A stretch of DNA of 64,000 nt, filler included, from Rhabdomonas costata (GCA_019059605.1; 28 parts of 28 records of this genome joined end to end with filler, not necessarily neighbours in it); one strand, 5' to 3'. Positions 13,202-27,579 are shown, counted from the first letter of the whole stretch. Notes: generated by a model not told the origin, from the letters alone. Numbers and translations: made by a program.

Positions 13202-15903
13202 GCAGTTCGTGATCGTGCGTGCGCGCACCTCTAGTCCACCGCCGATCCGGCGGATTGGGCATGAAGGTCTTTTCGTGAGTTTTTTATGCATGAAAAGGAC
13301 AAAAAAGAAAGTTTGAGCATGCGGGGTGATTGTAAGCGGTGACTGCACAGTTTTCCTGGCTTCATTTATTAAGAAATTTGCCATGGTGGTATTTTTCCGC
13401 GCCCAAATGCAACAAAAAGTGTGTCTCGCTTCACAGTTAGAATGTTCTGACAAAAAATGTGGAACTGCAAAAACTGCGAACCAAACACTGCTATTGAGTC
13501 GAAAAATGTCGTTAACCCTATACTCACACCTTGAGCATAGCGAACAATATTGGCTTAGCAAAGCGAACAGTATTCAGTATCAGGGCTGGGGACATTGCAA
13601 GCCACAAACTCCGCTGGCGAGCTCGCTTGTACCCCCCAACCNNNNNNNNNNNNNNNNNNNNNNNNNNNNNNNNNNNNNNNNNNNNTTAATTAATTAANNN
13701 NNNNNNNNNNNNNNNNNNNNNNNNNNNNNNNNNNNNNNNNNTGTTGGGTGGGGGGTGTGTGCACATTTCCATTGCTTTTGATGATGCTTTGTTCTTGCAC
13801 GGGCCGTGTTTTTTTTGCGCGGGTTGTGAAAATAGTGGTTAGTGAAGGGTTTCGTATCTCCCGAGAGAGGAGCAATCCCCCCTTTCAGGAGGTTAAGGGG
13901 TGCCGCTGTGACCCTCCGCTGCGACGAGAGAGGGCGAGAGCAGCCCTAACAACTCTGGTGTTGCTGTCGTTCACTGCCCACTGAGGGCGTTGTGCTTGCA
14001 CATGACTCGTGGCTCACTCATGACATACATCATTCAAGGTGTGCTGTGTTTATGCCTAAATGCTGTCAACGACGTGCCACCTTGTGCTTTTTTTTATATG
14101 GAATCCCAGGCAGCAGTCTGATGTGTGTGTGTTTGCAAACCCCGACCCGCGGTCCCAGAAAGCGATTGCATTTTTGATCCTGGTACGCCGTCCACGCATT
14201 CTCATTTGTTCGCTGGAGTCCTGAAGCTGGGGTCCTGGGGGTTCTCTTGGGCTCTTGCATAACTTGTATATATTTCTCGCGCTACTTTCAAAGGGAGAGC
14301 TCTGTGAGTTCTGAAACACAAACCAGCCTTCCAGGTGGTTTGAGGTTTCATAGTTCAACCCAACCGCGCTTCTTTTGCAATGGTTACTTTGGTACTCCTG
14401 TGAAAGAACAAAAATGAGAACCGGAGGTGCGTTAAAATTTTCCGCGTCATCTCAAGCACAATTACGCGCAATGTACATCGACATGTACATTTGCGGACTT
14501 CACAGCTGAAACAGATAACTTTAGAATGACAAAGCTCAATTTTTAAAAGGATCCTTTCCATAGTGCTCCTTGTCTTGAGCTCTTTTTGATCCTAAGGTAT
14601 AGTCCTTCCCCTGAAATTCCTTCCTGCACCGTCATCTTCCCTCGCTTGTGAACTCTCCAAAAGAGTCAAATTTGACCTAAAACCACCATGCAGTGCTCAA
14701 AATTACCCAAAAAAAATAGGCTAAATACTCCAAATAGCCATGAAAAAAAAAGGGGGGGGGGACAAAAATAGGCAAAATTGGCTCACAAAATAGCATCTGT
14801 GTCGTCAGTTTCATTCCCCTGTCCCCCAGGGTGGTCTCTATCTCCACTTGCAAAAACTGCAAGAACACAGGGAGCTCCAGAACGGAGAAGCCAGAGGGTA
14901 GTCCGCCCAAGGTGGTCTCTTTCTCCTCTCGCTCCACCCCCTGTCTCCGGGCAAGAAGGGAGAGAGAGACTGTGATGAAGCGTAAACCCTGAAGCCCGTG
15001 AGTTGAAGAGAACGGGCTTCAGTTGACTCGTTCCCCCAGCTCGCTCGTGCGTAATTTGCTATGTAACGGGGCGAAAGCAGATGTTCTGATTCGCGAGTGT
15101 CAACGTGTCATGCCGGGAATTTAGGTCTCGGGCGCCGCGCTGAGCGTCACCACGACCACCACTACTTACCCTCCGCTTCCGCCCAGACCCACAGCACAGG
15201 GTGACGCAGCCTTGACGACGTACTGCTGCCAGGTCAGGCTGGAGATTTTCGACCGAGGGCAGCCCGTCTGGGTCCGAAGGTGCCCCTCCCGCTCTTGCAA
15301 GGCCTTTATCCTATCCCTTTTTCCTGTGTTCTTTGCCCAGAGTCTCGAGTTCACGTGGTGGACGGCGTTGTTCCGTTGCGATGAGATTTTCCATCACTCC
15401 TGTTGGCACAGGCCGGTTTTGTGACTTCGTTTGCAGTGCAATCATCGTTGCTTCGTATGCCATGAGCCGCTGCGGACTCCCGGATTTAGAAGTGTGGCCT
15501 GCTCAAGCCGATCCTAACTCTCCGTCGAGTGCTGGGCTCCAACAAAGGCACCACACAGGGCACAGTGACTCTTCATCATCGCAAGCTTTACTGAACCCCC
15601 CACCCCAGGGACACTTTTTGCTTCCAATTAAGTGCCTATTGTTCTCTTCCCCTTTGGCCGGCTGACATTCCACTTCTGACGTTCACTCACCCCGCCCCCA
15701 TTTACTGTGGTGACTGCTCTACTGTCTCACTCCTGCGCGCGAGGCGAGAAACAAAAGGAGACTTCTTCAGCGAAACACAAACTGCTCATAACAGAGAGAC
15801 ACAGCAGATTCATGCACAAGACGGCAGTTACCGGTCCACTCACACAAGAATAATACAAGCACTGAGTTCTGAGTTCACCCTATAGTCCCACCTCCCACCG
15901 CAC

Positions 15904-15939
<36 letters not shown>

Positions 15940-16155
15940 ACAACACNNNNNNNNNNNNNNNNNNNNNNNNNNNNNNNNNNNNNNNNNNNNTTAATTAATT
16001 AANNNNNNNNNNNNNNNNNNNNNNNNNNNNNNNNNNNNNNNNNNNNGTGGGGGTGGGGTTTAGCACACTCTGCACTGGTATGGAAGCGGTGCGGAAACTC
16101 ACCAGCTCGATAAAATAAGGCAAAAAGGGCAAGGCCAGCGGAGAGAGGGCACGAC

Positions 16156-16302
16156 CTGGGAGGAGGGCATGGGAACGTCATCGTCATCGTCCTCCATATC
16201 CGCCACGGGGTCGTGATCCATCTCCTCGTCGCCGTGGCTGTGGCCATGTCCGTGGCCGTGGCCGTGGCTGTGGCCGCAGCAGCCGCCGTGGTGGTGCGCC
16301 AT
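16156..16302 (-). CDS. First coding exon of a protein with a His/Gly/Cys-rich then acidic N-terminus
   Basis: Reads MAHHHGGCCGHSHGHGHGHGHSHGDEEMDHDPVADMEDDDDDVPMPSSQ (49 codons) to a CAG|GTCGTG donor. An acceptor ttctttttggcag lies 26 nt upstream of the ATG. Confidence 0.8.
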
Positions 16303-18641
16303 TTGATATTTGTGCGTATGCCTTGGGGCTGCCAAAAAGAATGCAGCGGGGTGGCTGAAGAGTTCTGGCCGAGTGCGGGAGTGCAGGTGGGGTGGAATGA
16401 AAACGTGGCAGCAAATACTCTGTCTCTGTCTCTGTCTGCAGAAGTTCTACCGATAAAATTTTCCTTTTTGCATTTCCGTGATAAAAGCCTCTTAGCGACC
16501 AAAACCGGCGAGGGGCAGAATAATGTCCGCATTGTTGGCTCTGCAGAGGGCCTAGTCACCCAGGGGGACTCATTTTTAATCACCCACACACACACACACG
16601 TTAGACAAAGAAATCATCGCGGAAAAAAGGCAAAGATAGACAAGCCTCCTTTTCAAGGCCTCACCTATACACGCGAAGAGTAGAAACACCAAGAAAACCA
16701 ACCGATCAATTCCAACAGGTCCACTCGTCCATGATGTTCACACAGATGAGGTTTCCGCGCACGGCAGTGGCTTGGTAGTGGAAAAGGTGGTTGAACTCGG
16801 GTTCAGCCAGCGGCCGTTTAAAGTAAGGGGCAAGGCGAGGTCATTTCGGTGGCGAGGTGAGCTCTTGGGCTTTCAGGTGCCACACCAAGTTATCTTCTCT
16901 GTGGCCACATGCGTGGTTGACGACACCGGACACCGGGCTGGCGATCTGCATCCTGTGGTGCTCAACGCACCGAGAGCAGCGTCCTGCTTCACCGCCCCCC
17001 CCCCCTTCCCACCATACCTCGCAGCACTCATTTCATTTATACTCAATCCCTAAGCTGCCCCTCACATGACTTCCGCAGTGGCGGTCCAGTTGCTCTGCGC
17101 TCCCCACAGCGGATGGGTACGAGCGCCAGCATGAAACTCGGACGGGTCGGGCTCCCCAGGTGGCTCCCTGAAGAGCCGTTCTCGGTACTGCTCTGCATCC
17201 CGCTGCTTCTGCAGCACCTGAGGGAGGAAGTAAGTCCCAGCATCACAATTTGAACCAACTAAAACTTCTGGTACTGAGCCTACACTAGCTCAGCTAGTAG
17301 GAATCGGCAATTCTCAGTAGGCTTGGCGGTGGAAGAGGCCAGCTGATCACGCTCGCACAGTGAGCAGCTGCAATATTCGGTATGCTCTGCGATGGTGTGA
17401 CCTGGTGATGACTCGGAACGGTCTACTTCACCCAAAGCGGGTAAATGAGTCAGAAATTAAAAAACGACCCAAGAAAAGTGCAGATGCACATGAGATGACC
17501 TGCAGGAATCGAGATGTTGCACGCGCGGGTGAGGCGGTCCCCAGCGCAGTGCATTGGTCCCGCGCTTGCTCAAACAGGAGCCTTCCAGAAAGCTGGCCGG
17601 GGTCAGAAGGAACCTCCCCTGCATCAAAATGGCCACGGCAAAACATACCCACCCACCATTCAAGGAAATAAGTCTCGCTCACTGAACAACCTGATGCATT
17701 TCAAACTGATGCTTTCTTTCTCTTCGATACCGTTGCGTTTTTGGGGAAACTCTTTCGCTTTTTGGTTGAATCCAACCCCTGTGTTTCTGTTTGTTGTGTC
17801 CGCTCACTCAATGCTATTGAGGATGCGTCATCGGGCTTTGCCTCTGCCTCTGGACGAATGTTAGGCTGCAAGGACGAAGCGACGGAGAAAGAGACGGAGT
17901 TAAAAGCCGTCAAGAGGGCCACCGGAAGGTGCCAAGTCTCAAGCCTTCGATAATGTAATTACATTCTAACGTCAAAATATATGACGCGCTCGGGCATCAG
18001 CTAATCTAACTCTTATGATGCAAAAAAAGGGGGACAAAGTTGACAAACCACGAAATGTTTCAAAGGTCTTACTGCATGATTTCAGTGTTTTCTACCATAT
18101 TTGCCAGCCCCACACCATCAATGTATTCCAAGACACGCACAAGAAAACTGCTAATACAAATCCGTTGAAAGGATCTCTTTTGTGCCCACTCCTCCGCACC
18201 CCTCCATCCACCGCCCTTTCTGTTTCCCCCAACACCCNNNNNNNNNNNNNNNNNNNNNNNNNNNNNNNNNNNNNNNNNNNNTTAATTAATTAANNNNNNN
18301 NNNNNNNNNNNNNNNNNNNNNNNNNNNNNNNNNNNNNGGGGTTTTTTGGTCTTCGCGACTTTCCACAGGAAACTCCAAGAGTAAGGGCAACAAAGGGACC
18401 AGGGTTGACGCCAAGCACCTTTGGTGTGATTTTCTCAAAATAGCGACGAACACGTGTGCAGCACCACTCTACCCACCCACACATCCTTCAGTCATTCGAT
18501 CAGTGCATCATTCCCCCCTCACACCTCCACACACCATCATTATACTTATCTTTGTGCGCGTGTGCGCATTCTTCTTCTCCTTCTTCTGCCCCTGCGCTTT
18601 ACCGCACACTTCGGGCATGGCATTTCGGGGCTGTCTTGGCA

Positions 18642-18782
18642 GACCCGCTCTCCCTGGCGCTGTTTGCGAACATCTCCGTCACCACGACGTTCCAGTTGGG
18701 CAACTTCAGTGCCCCTCCGGTAAACTCCACCGAGCTCACCTCTATGATGAGCATCATCCTGGACTCTAATCGCCCCGCAACG
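18642..18782 (+). CDS. Probable exon of a secreted/surface glycoprotein
   Basis: After acceptor ttggcag, reads DPLSLALFANISVTTTFQLGNFSAPPVNSTELTSMMSIILDSN with three N-x-S/T sequons. It runs into a GCAC repeat via G|GCACAAAC. Confidence 0.45.
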
Positions 18783-20659
18783 GCACAAACGCACGCACAC
18801 GCACACGCACACATACGCACAGACACACGCCCACGCCCACCTGAGTTTCTACCTTGCAGACTTGAACGCAAGAGGTATTTGACAATTCGGCTGTTTGCCG
18901 TAGGCCAACCAGCGACATTTTTTGAGAAGCGTGCCAGTTCAGTGAAGAGTGAAGTGGGTTCACCAGTGGATCTGGCAGTTTCAACATTGAGTTGCAATCT
19001 TTTGTGCAGTGCATAGATGGTGGGGTATTCTCCCTTGGGGTTGCTAATTCCTCGTTTATCCTCGAAAAGAATGAAAGGACAGCTTCCGAGCCGCGCCGGT
19101 GTGCAACCTCGCAAGTCACTGTGACAACTTTACAGCTGCGACCGTCGCTTTGCGTGGATTGAAATACTCTTTGCAGTATGTGTGCGTGTGTGCGCACGCC
19201 CGCGCGTCACCTTCACTATCACCTATCCCGCGTATTCCTGAGCAAGACCAGCCGTTGTGTGCCGTTGTGCGTTCACACGTCCTTTCCTTACATCCGTTGA
19301 CTGTCCTTCCATCACGCTAATGCTGCCCTTACTGCCAAATTGAACTCCCGAGGGGAGGGGGCCACAGGTCGTAAGCACGCAGACTCTGGCCGCGGCGGCG
19401 GTTTCTGTTGATCTGTTCTCCGCGGCGTCGCCTATTGCTCTGCAACGCACGGCTGACTGTCCTGCGACCTTTGTGCTGAGCTTTGGCAACCGCACGGCAG
19501 CCATTGTTGCCGCCGTCCCACCGGCCACCGCCCTGTCCAATCAGCCTGCCCTGTCAAACCCCGGTGCGTGTTTGTGGGCTGTTTCTTCTGCCTGTGAGGT
19601 GGGGTGTTGCACCGGCCACTGCCAATGTTCACGTTAGCCGTGCCAAAGAGCGCAAATTGCAATTATTTGAAAGGAGAGCTGCCGCGGGGTCGAATGCACG
19701 CCGCTCTTCGTGTGTCTGGGGTCTTGCGATGGGCACACATCCACCTCACCAACCGTGCAATCTGGCTCCGCTTCCGTCGTGCGTTCTTTGCCGCATCCGC
19801 ACCAAAACCACCATTGACTCAGCAAAGTGCAAAGAAAGGCACCAATGTGAGCTTGGGGTCTTACCGCGGTTGCACTGTGCGGACGTGGAGTGGGCGGGTG
19901 TGGGCATGAACTCGCCGTGGTCCCCGACCCGTGGTAGGGATGGAGCCTGTGCGATTTGGGCTCAAGTGCTGAATAACAATCAAAAGATGAAGTGCAAAGG
20001 TATGCGTGTGTGCGATGCGATAGGTGGTGAGTGATCTAAGTGTCTAAGGCTTACCGAGTGCGCCGTTTCTGCGGGCATGCCCTGTTCCGATTTCCGTGAG
20101 TGAATATTGAAAAAAATGATTGAATGCCCGAAGGCATTTTTGCCAAGGCAATTGCCATTTGGTATATGCCACTCCACCCTATGTGTGTCTACTTCGTTTG
20201 CCTCTATTAGCTATAGATGTTCTTGGCATTGCATGTACTTTTAGATGAATTTCTGTGAAATGGAACGCAGTGTGTCGCACAGAATTGTAAAAAGACACAG
20301 GAAATGTGTCGTTACAATCGGAAAAGCCAGGAGAGCTTAACAACATAATGGACAAGTTGGGAAAACTTTGGAACTCTCCCTCTTCAGAAATGAAAGAAAT
20401 CATTCAAAACAAATTGGAGGTCATGTTGGGACGTGATGAAGCCTGCTTCAGCCGCCGCCCCCCCCCCCGTTTCCGTTTGTAACGACACATTTCCTGTGTC
20501 TTTTTACAATTCTGTGCGACACACACACNNNNNNNNNNNNNNNNNNNNNNNNNNNNNNNNNNNNNNNNNNNNTTAATTAATTAANNNNNNNNNNNNNNNN
20601 NNNNNNNNNNNNNNNNNNNNNNNNNNNNTTGTTGTTGGTGTCATACTGGAAAACACAGT

Positions 20660-22780
20660 GGTTCGTGCGGTGCTTCGGGCTGCGTTTCCCTCGGACTGGG
20701 TCAGCCCTGTCGGGGTGCCCGGCGGCGGTGCCAGTGGTGCTCCGCCTCACCCCCTTGCCCTACGCGCCCCACGCGAGAGACTTTTGGCCCTTCGCGTGGT
20801 GGAAGGGTACTGCCTGCTGTTCCCTGGGGCCTGTGTGACCTTCGCGGAGTGCGGGGTACAGGTGAGCATTGGACCGCGCAACCGTCCCTGCCTTTCTCTC
20901 GCAAGGGTCCCCCGCTGCTGTGGCTCAGCTTATCCTATCCCATAAGATGAATACGGGGTCCTCCCATTCTTCTGGGGCTTTTCCGTTTGTTCCTTCGTTC
21001 CTGCGTCCCTTCGGTTCCCCAATGCCAACGGACCTCAGGACGGCGTTCCAGGCTTGCTCAGTTCTAAGTCGGAAGATAAGGGGAATGGCTTACCTATTTC
21101 CGTCTTTTTGACATTGGTATAGCGATGATATACCTCAAGCAGAACTCATCCAAACCGTTCACACGTACCGCCTGGGAGCAGATTTTGAGCTTGGCTGGGC
21201 ATTGCAGAGGGCGCTGAGCGTGTTCAGAACTGTCTTCCCTTCAAGATTTCAGCGTCAGCGCCCCCTCCCCATCCGCATTCCTCCTCAAGGTGATTCCGCT
21301 CCTGGTATGCAGCCCAAAACCAGGACAGCAGGGGTATATTATGATGAATCAGCCATTCCATGTGCCGTGGTGTGTACATGTACATGTACATGTGTTTGTT
21401 TTGTTCTTGAAGGCGGTGCTTCAGGAGTTTCACGGGTTTCGGATGCGGCCCGCACCCTCGCCCTTTGCCGCGGAGGAGGGGGACTCTTCGGAGCTCAGGG
21501 AGGCTCTCGCGGTGGCTGGCCTGGAGGCCGTTGTGGCTGCCTCCCTACGGTGCGCCCACGTGCAGTCCGCGCTGCTGGACCGGGACGGGGTGGCGCTTGT
21601 CCTGGCCGTGCTCCCTGGGCTTGCCCCGGCCACAAGGTCGCCCGTGTCGGTGGCCTGTTATGCTGAAATGAACACACCCTGTTTCCCGTCAGTATCCCGC
21701 CGAAAAGGCAGCGATAGAGGAAGCGGCGACTTAGTCCCTATGCGGTTGAAAAGGGGAACGGTGAATTTTCTGAAACTGCCGTGGGCTTGAGGTAGCCTTC
21801 ATCTGGGAGGGCTTGTCTGCACAAGTGTGTTGGAAATTGGAAATACCCGTATCAGTTTCAGTGGCTCCGCCATTTCTCGGGGCTCCAACAATGAACAGGG
21901 GATTGGGAATCCTGTCCTCCCTGCGATATATTTCAGCTTCACTTATTGCTTTCGTCTCCTTTTCTCTTTTGTATTGTTTCATCGACACCTCTGTTTATTT
22001 TCAGCGCCCCCCCCCCTGCCCACCTTCGATTCCTCGCAGAGACTGTTGCCTGGATTGCCTAGCTGTGCTGCACTTTGCCATGGCAGAGACTCCCGGGCAC
22101 ACCTCCACCGCGCAGAGGCTGGAGCGGTTCACCAATAGTCTGGCCAAGCGGTGTGTCGGAAGACGTGGGAAACACTTCGGTGGGGTGGGGCTTTCTCGAC
22201 CCATACTACCGCGGCACTGCCACAGAATTGCGGTCAGGATATTGGGCAAAGTGACTCTTTTCTAGCTTTTGATGACGTGGCCTACGCCGTTGAGGGAGGC
22301 CCAGATTGCCGTTTTGGCGTAAACCCTTGAAGTCGAAGTGAAATGTCTTGCGGTGGCCAGTGTCGAGTCAGTTGGTGGATTCCACACGATTTCTTGCAAA
22401 CGATTGATGCAAACATCTAATGTAAGATATTTGAGCACCGTATGAGCAGCTCAGGAACCTGCGTTTTTCCCACCACCCCTCGTGCCTCGTTGCTGGTCTC
22501 ATAGGACATGCCTGAGCTCCGGAAAAACATTACATCCCTCCCTCTCTTCCCAAAAAAAAATGGGCATTGTCTCTCTCAGGATTGGCGACGACCTTGCCCG
22601 CCGCCTTTGTGCGATGGGCTCTGCTCTCGCACCAGAGTACGCCTCACCATGGGCTGTTGCGGGGGGCATCGACGATGGCACAGTCAGAAAGCGTTGGCCC
22701 GAAACCGTGCCACGCTTTTCTCTGAGATCAACGCTGCACTGGCTGCGGGGACTTGAACGGGCATTGCCAGCGCCCGTCAG
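20660..22780 (+). CDS. Partial multi-exon Ala/Leu-rich hypothetical protein
   Basis: GC-rich blocks at ~20660-20861, 21413-21636, 22040-22149 and 22580-22780 are flanked by AG/GT sites, e.g. ELREALAVAGLEAVVAASLRCAHVQSALLDRDGVALVLAVL. Confidence 0.6.
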
Positions 22781-23369
22781 GTGGTTCAGTTGAAGCAGCC
22801 AACTGTTCCGCACACCACCNNNNNNNNNNNNNNNNNNNNNNNNNNNNNNNNNNNNNNNNNNNNTTAATTAATTAANNNNNNNNNNNNNNNNNNNNNNNNN
22901 NNNNNNNNNNNNNNNNNNNGTTTTGTGTTGTATTTTGCCTATAAACTTAACTAAGGTTTGAGAAGAGCCCGCAACACGGACTTTTTCTGTACGTGGGAAT
23001 TAATTAGCAATTGCCATTTCACTCCTCCCGTGACCCGAAACTGCATGAAACTCATGAGAATGTCTCACCGGATTTCACTGTTGTTTTGCTCAGGGGAAGT
23101 GCCCAACCTTGACGAGACCCAAGTAGTGCTTTACAATGGGGCTTGGCGTCTTTGGGGCTTTCTTTAGGCACACCTGACAACCCACACATGAGCCTTATTC
23201 TTTCTTGCTTGCTGGAATGTCGCCTGAGTGTTTTTGTTCCCAAGACTTTGTTTTTATTTGTGTTTGTATCTCCATTCTTCGCTCCCATCAGTTTTTTGTG
23301 CCAATCTTGAGGTTTAGGTTTTTCTCTTTGTAAACCTTTGGCTTTCTCTCGGACTTTCTGGAACGGTAG

Positions 23370-24508
23370 AGAGCAAGCAGAGAGTGTTGGGCCAATGACG
23401 GGCTCGGGGTTGGTACCTGGAGGGGTTGTGGTGGAGATGCTTCTGCTGGCGCGGTGCTGCGCAGAGGTCCTGCACGAGCTCGAGGCCGGGCTGCTGCCAC
23501 CCAGCCTGCTCAGCCTTCCCGCCATGCTGCAGCACGTGCAGCTGTACTCCGCGGCCGTGGAGCGGTGGTACCAGTGCCAAAGGGAGAGGGGTGGCGTTCT
23601 CTATTCTTGGTGGAGGTCATGCCAGGGTAATTATGATAACTTCCCGCGCCTGCGCAAACGCATGATTTCACACCGATTCAGTCAAACCATTGGTCATGAA
23701 TTTTCTGACTGGGTTATGTTACTTCTGTGTTTTGTTCCCAAGTACCGATTTTTGTGAGTGCCACGTCCAACCCCTCACGCTGCTGGAGGAAGAAGCGGCA
23801 CAAGAGAGTTGGAGAGATGAAAAGAACGGCCAAAAGGGCCACCGCCAGGGGTGCAAGGACATCACAGCCGTTTTTGCCTCATTTGGAAGTGGAAGAATGA
23901 CCCGCGGCGCTTCGGCTTCAGCTCCCCCGGCAATACCCTGTTTGCTGCTTTACTTCTACAATGGCTGTGCCCTGCGTAAGAGGCATTTTCTGACGATGGC
24001 ATAGGGTGACAATGTGCTTCTGCACGCTGCCGCGTGCCTCGGCCGCCCTGCAGAACTTCCACCAGGAAAACCCCGCTCTCCACGATAAGGTTTGTCAAAC
24101 TCTTCCTCCCGCCCTACACAAACCACTCACGAGTTCGTAGGAGGGCGTTCAAAAACCAGGCTTCCAGTGCGCACCGTATTTTGGGCATATCAATGCCGAA
24201 GTTCCATCTCTTCACTTCAAGCACCCCAAGCCAGGGCACCTCACTGTGATGGTGCAGGTCGGCATTTTCGCCTTGTCTCTGTTAGCTCTGACTTCCACCA
24301 GGCATCAGTCTTGCAGATTCGACTGTAACAAAGAGTTGTGGTGGTTGGGTACCGTGCACTCTGCTTTGGTTTGGCAGCTCACGGCTGCACTGCCCGAGAT
24401 GCTGTGCACGGAGCTGCCGCTTGCCATCCACCGGTGGCTGCTGACCTGTCTGGGTCTTTTGGGACCCACCCTGCCCACCGGAGGCCTCGTGCTGGAGCTG
24501 TGCTTCCA
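23370..24508 (+). CDS. Partial multi-exon Leu-rich hypothetical protein
   Basis: Coding-like blocks at ~23370-23564 (EMLLLARCCAEVLHELEAGLL) and ~24258-24508 (LPEMLCTELPLAIHRWLLTCLGLL, ending at gtatgt). Confidence 0.55.
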
Positions 24509-26904
24509 GTATGTGCGTTCCTCGACTTGTTTGAAAGTTCTCGCATGGGTGGGTCGTTCATGTTCATTCTCGCCTGCTCGGCTGCAGCTGTGGCGTTACT
24601 TGGGGGTGGGGGTCAACTTTGGAAACTTTGGAAACCGTGTGTTCGTGTTGTTGTTTTACAGTGGTTAAAAACGCCGTGCCTCCTTGGTCGCCTTCCTCAA
24701 CATTGCCATCATACGCACCGAAAAAGGAACAGCTTAGTTCTCGAGACAAAATCGATCCCGAAACCCTTTCGGAGCTGCCTTCTGGTTACCAGAGAGTTAA
24801 CCTTCATGAAGCGCTGCAGAGGACAGAAAAGACTGTCGTCAAACCAAGACCAACTTCCTCAGATGAATGCAACCCTCACTGAGGCGAGAGAGCGTGTTTC
24901 GATTTCCACTCCCGCGCGTCCGGCGACCCGTGCGTGATTACAGCACATGAGCACTCGCAATGAAATCGAGGTTGGCAACCCAGCAAGCCAAGAATGCCTT
25001 TTGCGCGCACGCACACACCTGACGCAGGGTCGTGATTGTGTACAACGGCAGCCTGTGCCGACTACTCTCACTGTCTGGCGCGCTGTACGGCGGCCGTTGT
25101 ACACAACCCCNNNNNNNNNNNNNNNNNNNNNNNNNNNNNNNNNNNNNNNNNNNNTTAATTAATTAANNNNNNNNNNNNNNNNNNNNNNNNNNNNNNNNNN
25201 NNNNNNNNNNTGTTGGGTTGATCTCCCAGCGCTACTACAAGGATGGTGATGCTGCATTGGGATTTGCTCGAAAGGGCCGCGAGTTCGCTATCTGCATTTC
25301 CTGCGGGATTGGGTGAGGTTATGTGCAGGTGGAACGAGGGATGGGTGGCACCATCTGTCAGTAGCTGAGGCGTGGACAACTTGGAAGGCGTGCTCAGTGT
25401 GAAGGGATCTAGCTGCAGTAGTATGCTAGGGTGGTACATTGCCTCTGCGATCTAGACGTGACTTTAGCATGAAGTACTGGGTGTCTGGGGTGCGGACGTG
25501 GTGAGACAAGGTTCCTGGCAACGTGTGCCGTGGTGTAGTATCCGATCCGTGTTATCAGGTGCGTGGATCGACGTGAACTGAGAGGCGAGGTACCTGTTGA
25601 GGCTACAATCTCGCAGGTCCTGGCCGGAGTTTCTGCTGTCGTGTCGATGCTGGTTCTTCGCGCGTGTTTCTCATTACTCTCATTATTACGGTGCTACTAT
25701 GCATTGTATCCCTGCTAAGACGCTCACGGTTCCCGCAGATATGGTTGCAACGTCGCTACCCTGAATGCGAGGACAATGATCTCTTGTTGGGAAGGGTGTG
25801 GGTAAGCCTGGTGCAGCGTTCATGGTGGTTGGTGGCTCCCAGCTATCATCGATGCGTCAGACCAGGGCTACACGTCCGGATCGTGGCGTTGGGTTCATCA
25901 CGACGGTGGGTACCGACCTGAGGATGCAAGGACCTCCCGGACGCAGTGTCATGGGAGGCCCACTGTGCATGCAAACCCCGGGCCTGCTTCAGTTTCCCCG
26001 TCATTATGTGTGGACGAGTGGAAAAAGGACAGTTACACGCTGTAGTATAATGTCTACAATACCCCATTATTATGATAATACACGGCGGAGAAAAGAGGGT
26101 AAATCTTTTCTCCCGCAAATACCTAGGTACTTGGACCACTCTGCTGTGCTACGCGGCAAAAGACAAACTGGAAAACAGAAAACACGAACACGCCCCAGCG
26201 AAATATGTCGGAATCCGAAGGGACAAGCGTTTCGCCACCCAAGCCCTCGCAAAAGTTTCTATTCGAATCCCAAGAGACACGAACGTCGTCTGCTGAGCCT
26301 ATAAACTCAGGCTATGAAGATGGGTGACACAAACAGTGAACGCTTGTCTCAAACAAACAGAAAGCAAAGCAGACCCCCAATCCATCAAATTCCGCTTCCG
26401 AGGAGACCCAGTACGAGAAGGAAAGTGCAGCAGGGTAGCGCACAACTCGAGGTCGGAATATCAGTACAGACTGGATGTAGGCCGACTTCGTAAGTTGCTG
26501 AGAAAATGCTTCTGTGCCATTCAGCTTCCAAGTTACACAGCGGTCCTCTGAACGAAGAAAAAAATTAAGTTCAATGTATTAACCCCAACACTCCTTTTGT
26601 CTGAAATCTTGGGCAAACTTTAATCATAGCATCCACCCAAGATTTTGGAAAGATTCGAGAGAATAACGACACCATCACACCATCACACATAAATCCTTCG
26701 AAACCAAATTCTTGTGCATGTTTTTCTGTTTCCAAGTGGAATTTCCAAAATTTACCACTTGACTCCAACGTAAAGCTCCGTTCAGGACAGGCATGAGCAT
26801 GCCGAGTGTTAGAAAAGAGGGAGAGACGAAAAGGCCATTCGAGGACTTGAAACACTGCACAGAACCTCGGTCTGGAAACTTTTCTATGCATTCCGAGAAC
26901 CAAT

Positions 26905-27370
26905 CCTCAGGCCAGCGTGACCAATCGTCAAACTTGGTTGTGAGGGAGGAGGTGTAGCCTAAAATAAAAAAAGAAAGGCGAATTCGATTCGGGGGCAACA
27001 AATTGCAAAGAAAAAAGCGCTGCACATGCCTGCCTCGCAAGCTCGACAGTCTGTGCTGGGCACAGAGAAGAACGACCCTTCTGCGCAAGTAGTGTTACAA
27101 GGAAGCCATACTTCTTGAGATATCTGCACAAAAAGGAGCAGGATGGGAAGTGCTCAAGGGCAAGGCAAAAGGCAAAAGAAAATGCTACCCACAGGTGTAA
27201 AAAAAAAAACTGGCCGAGCGGACGTTCAAAACAAAATTCCACCACAAACAAAGGCAAAAAAAAAAGCCGAGCAGTGCCCTCACCTTGCTGCTGGGAGACG
27301 GAATGCAGGGGTGCACGGGATGCCAATCCACACGCAGTGCATTGCGGGTGCCTTCACACTCAACAGTGTT
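26905..27370 (-). CDS. Small internal exons of a hypothetical protein
   Basis: Phase-compatible chain ...WIGIPCTPAFRLPAA-R|YLKKYGFLVTLLAQK-G|YTSSLTTKFDDWSRWPED across two GT-AG introns with T-rich acceptors. Confidence 0.5.
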
Positions 27371-27579
27371 CACTACAGTTTCAACATCCTCACAACACAC
27401 NNNNNNNNNNNNNNNNNNNNNNNNNNNNNNNNNNNNNNNNNNNNTTAATTAATTAANNNNNNNNNNNNNNNNNNNNNNNNNNNNNNNNNNNNNNNNNNNN
27501 TTGTGGTTGGCGCGATAAAAACGGGGACACAGAACTTTACCACGTAACCCAAGAAAGAAGACAAGAGAGAAGACAAGAC

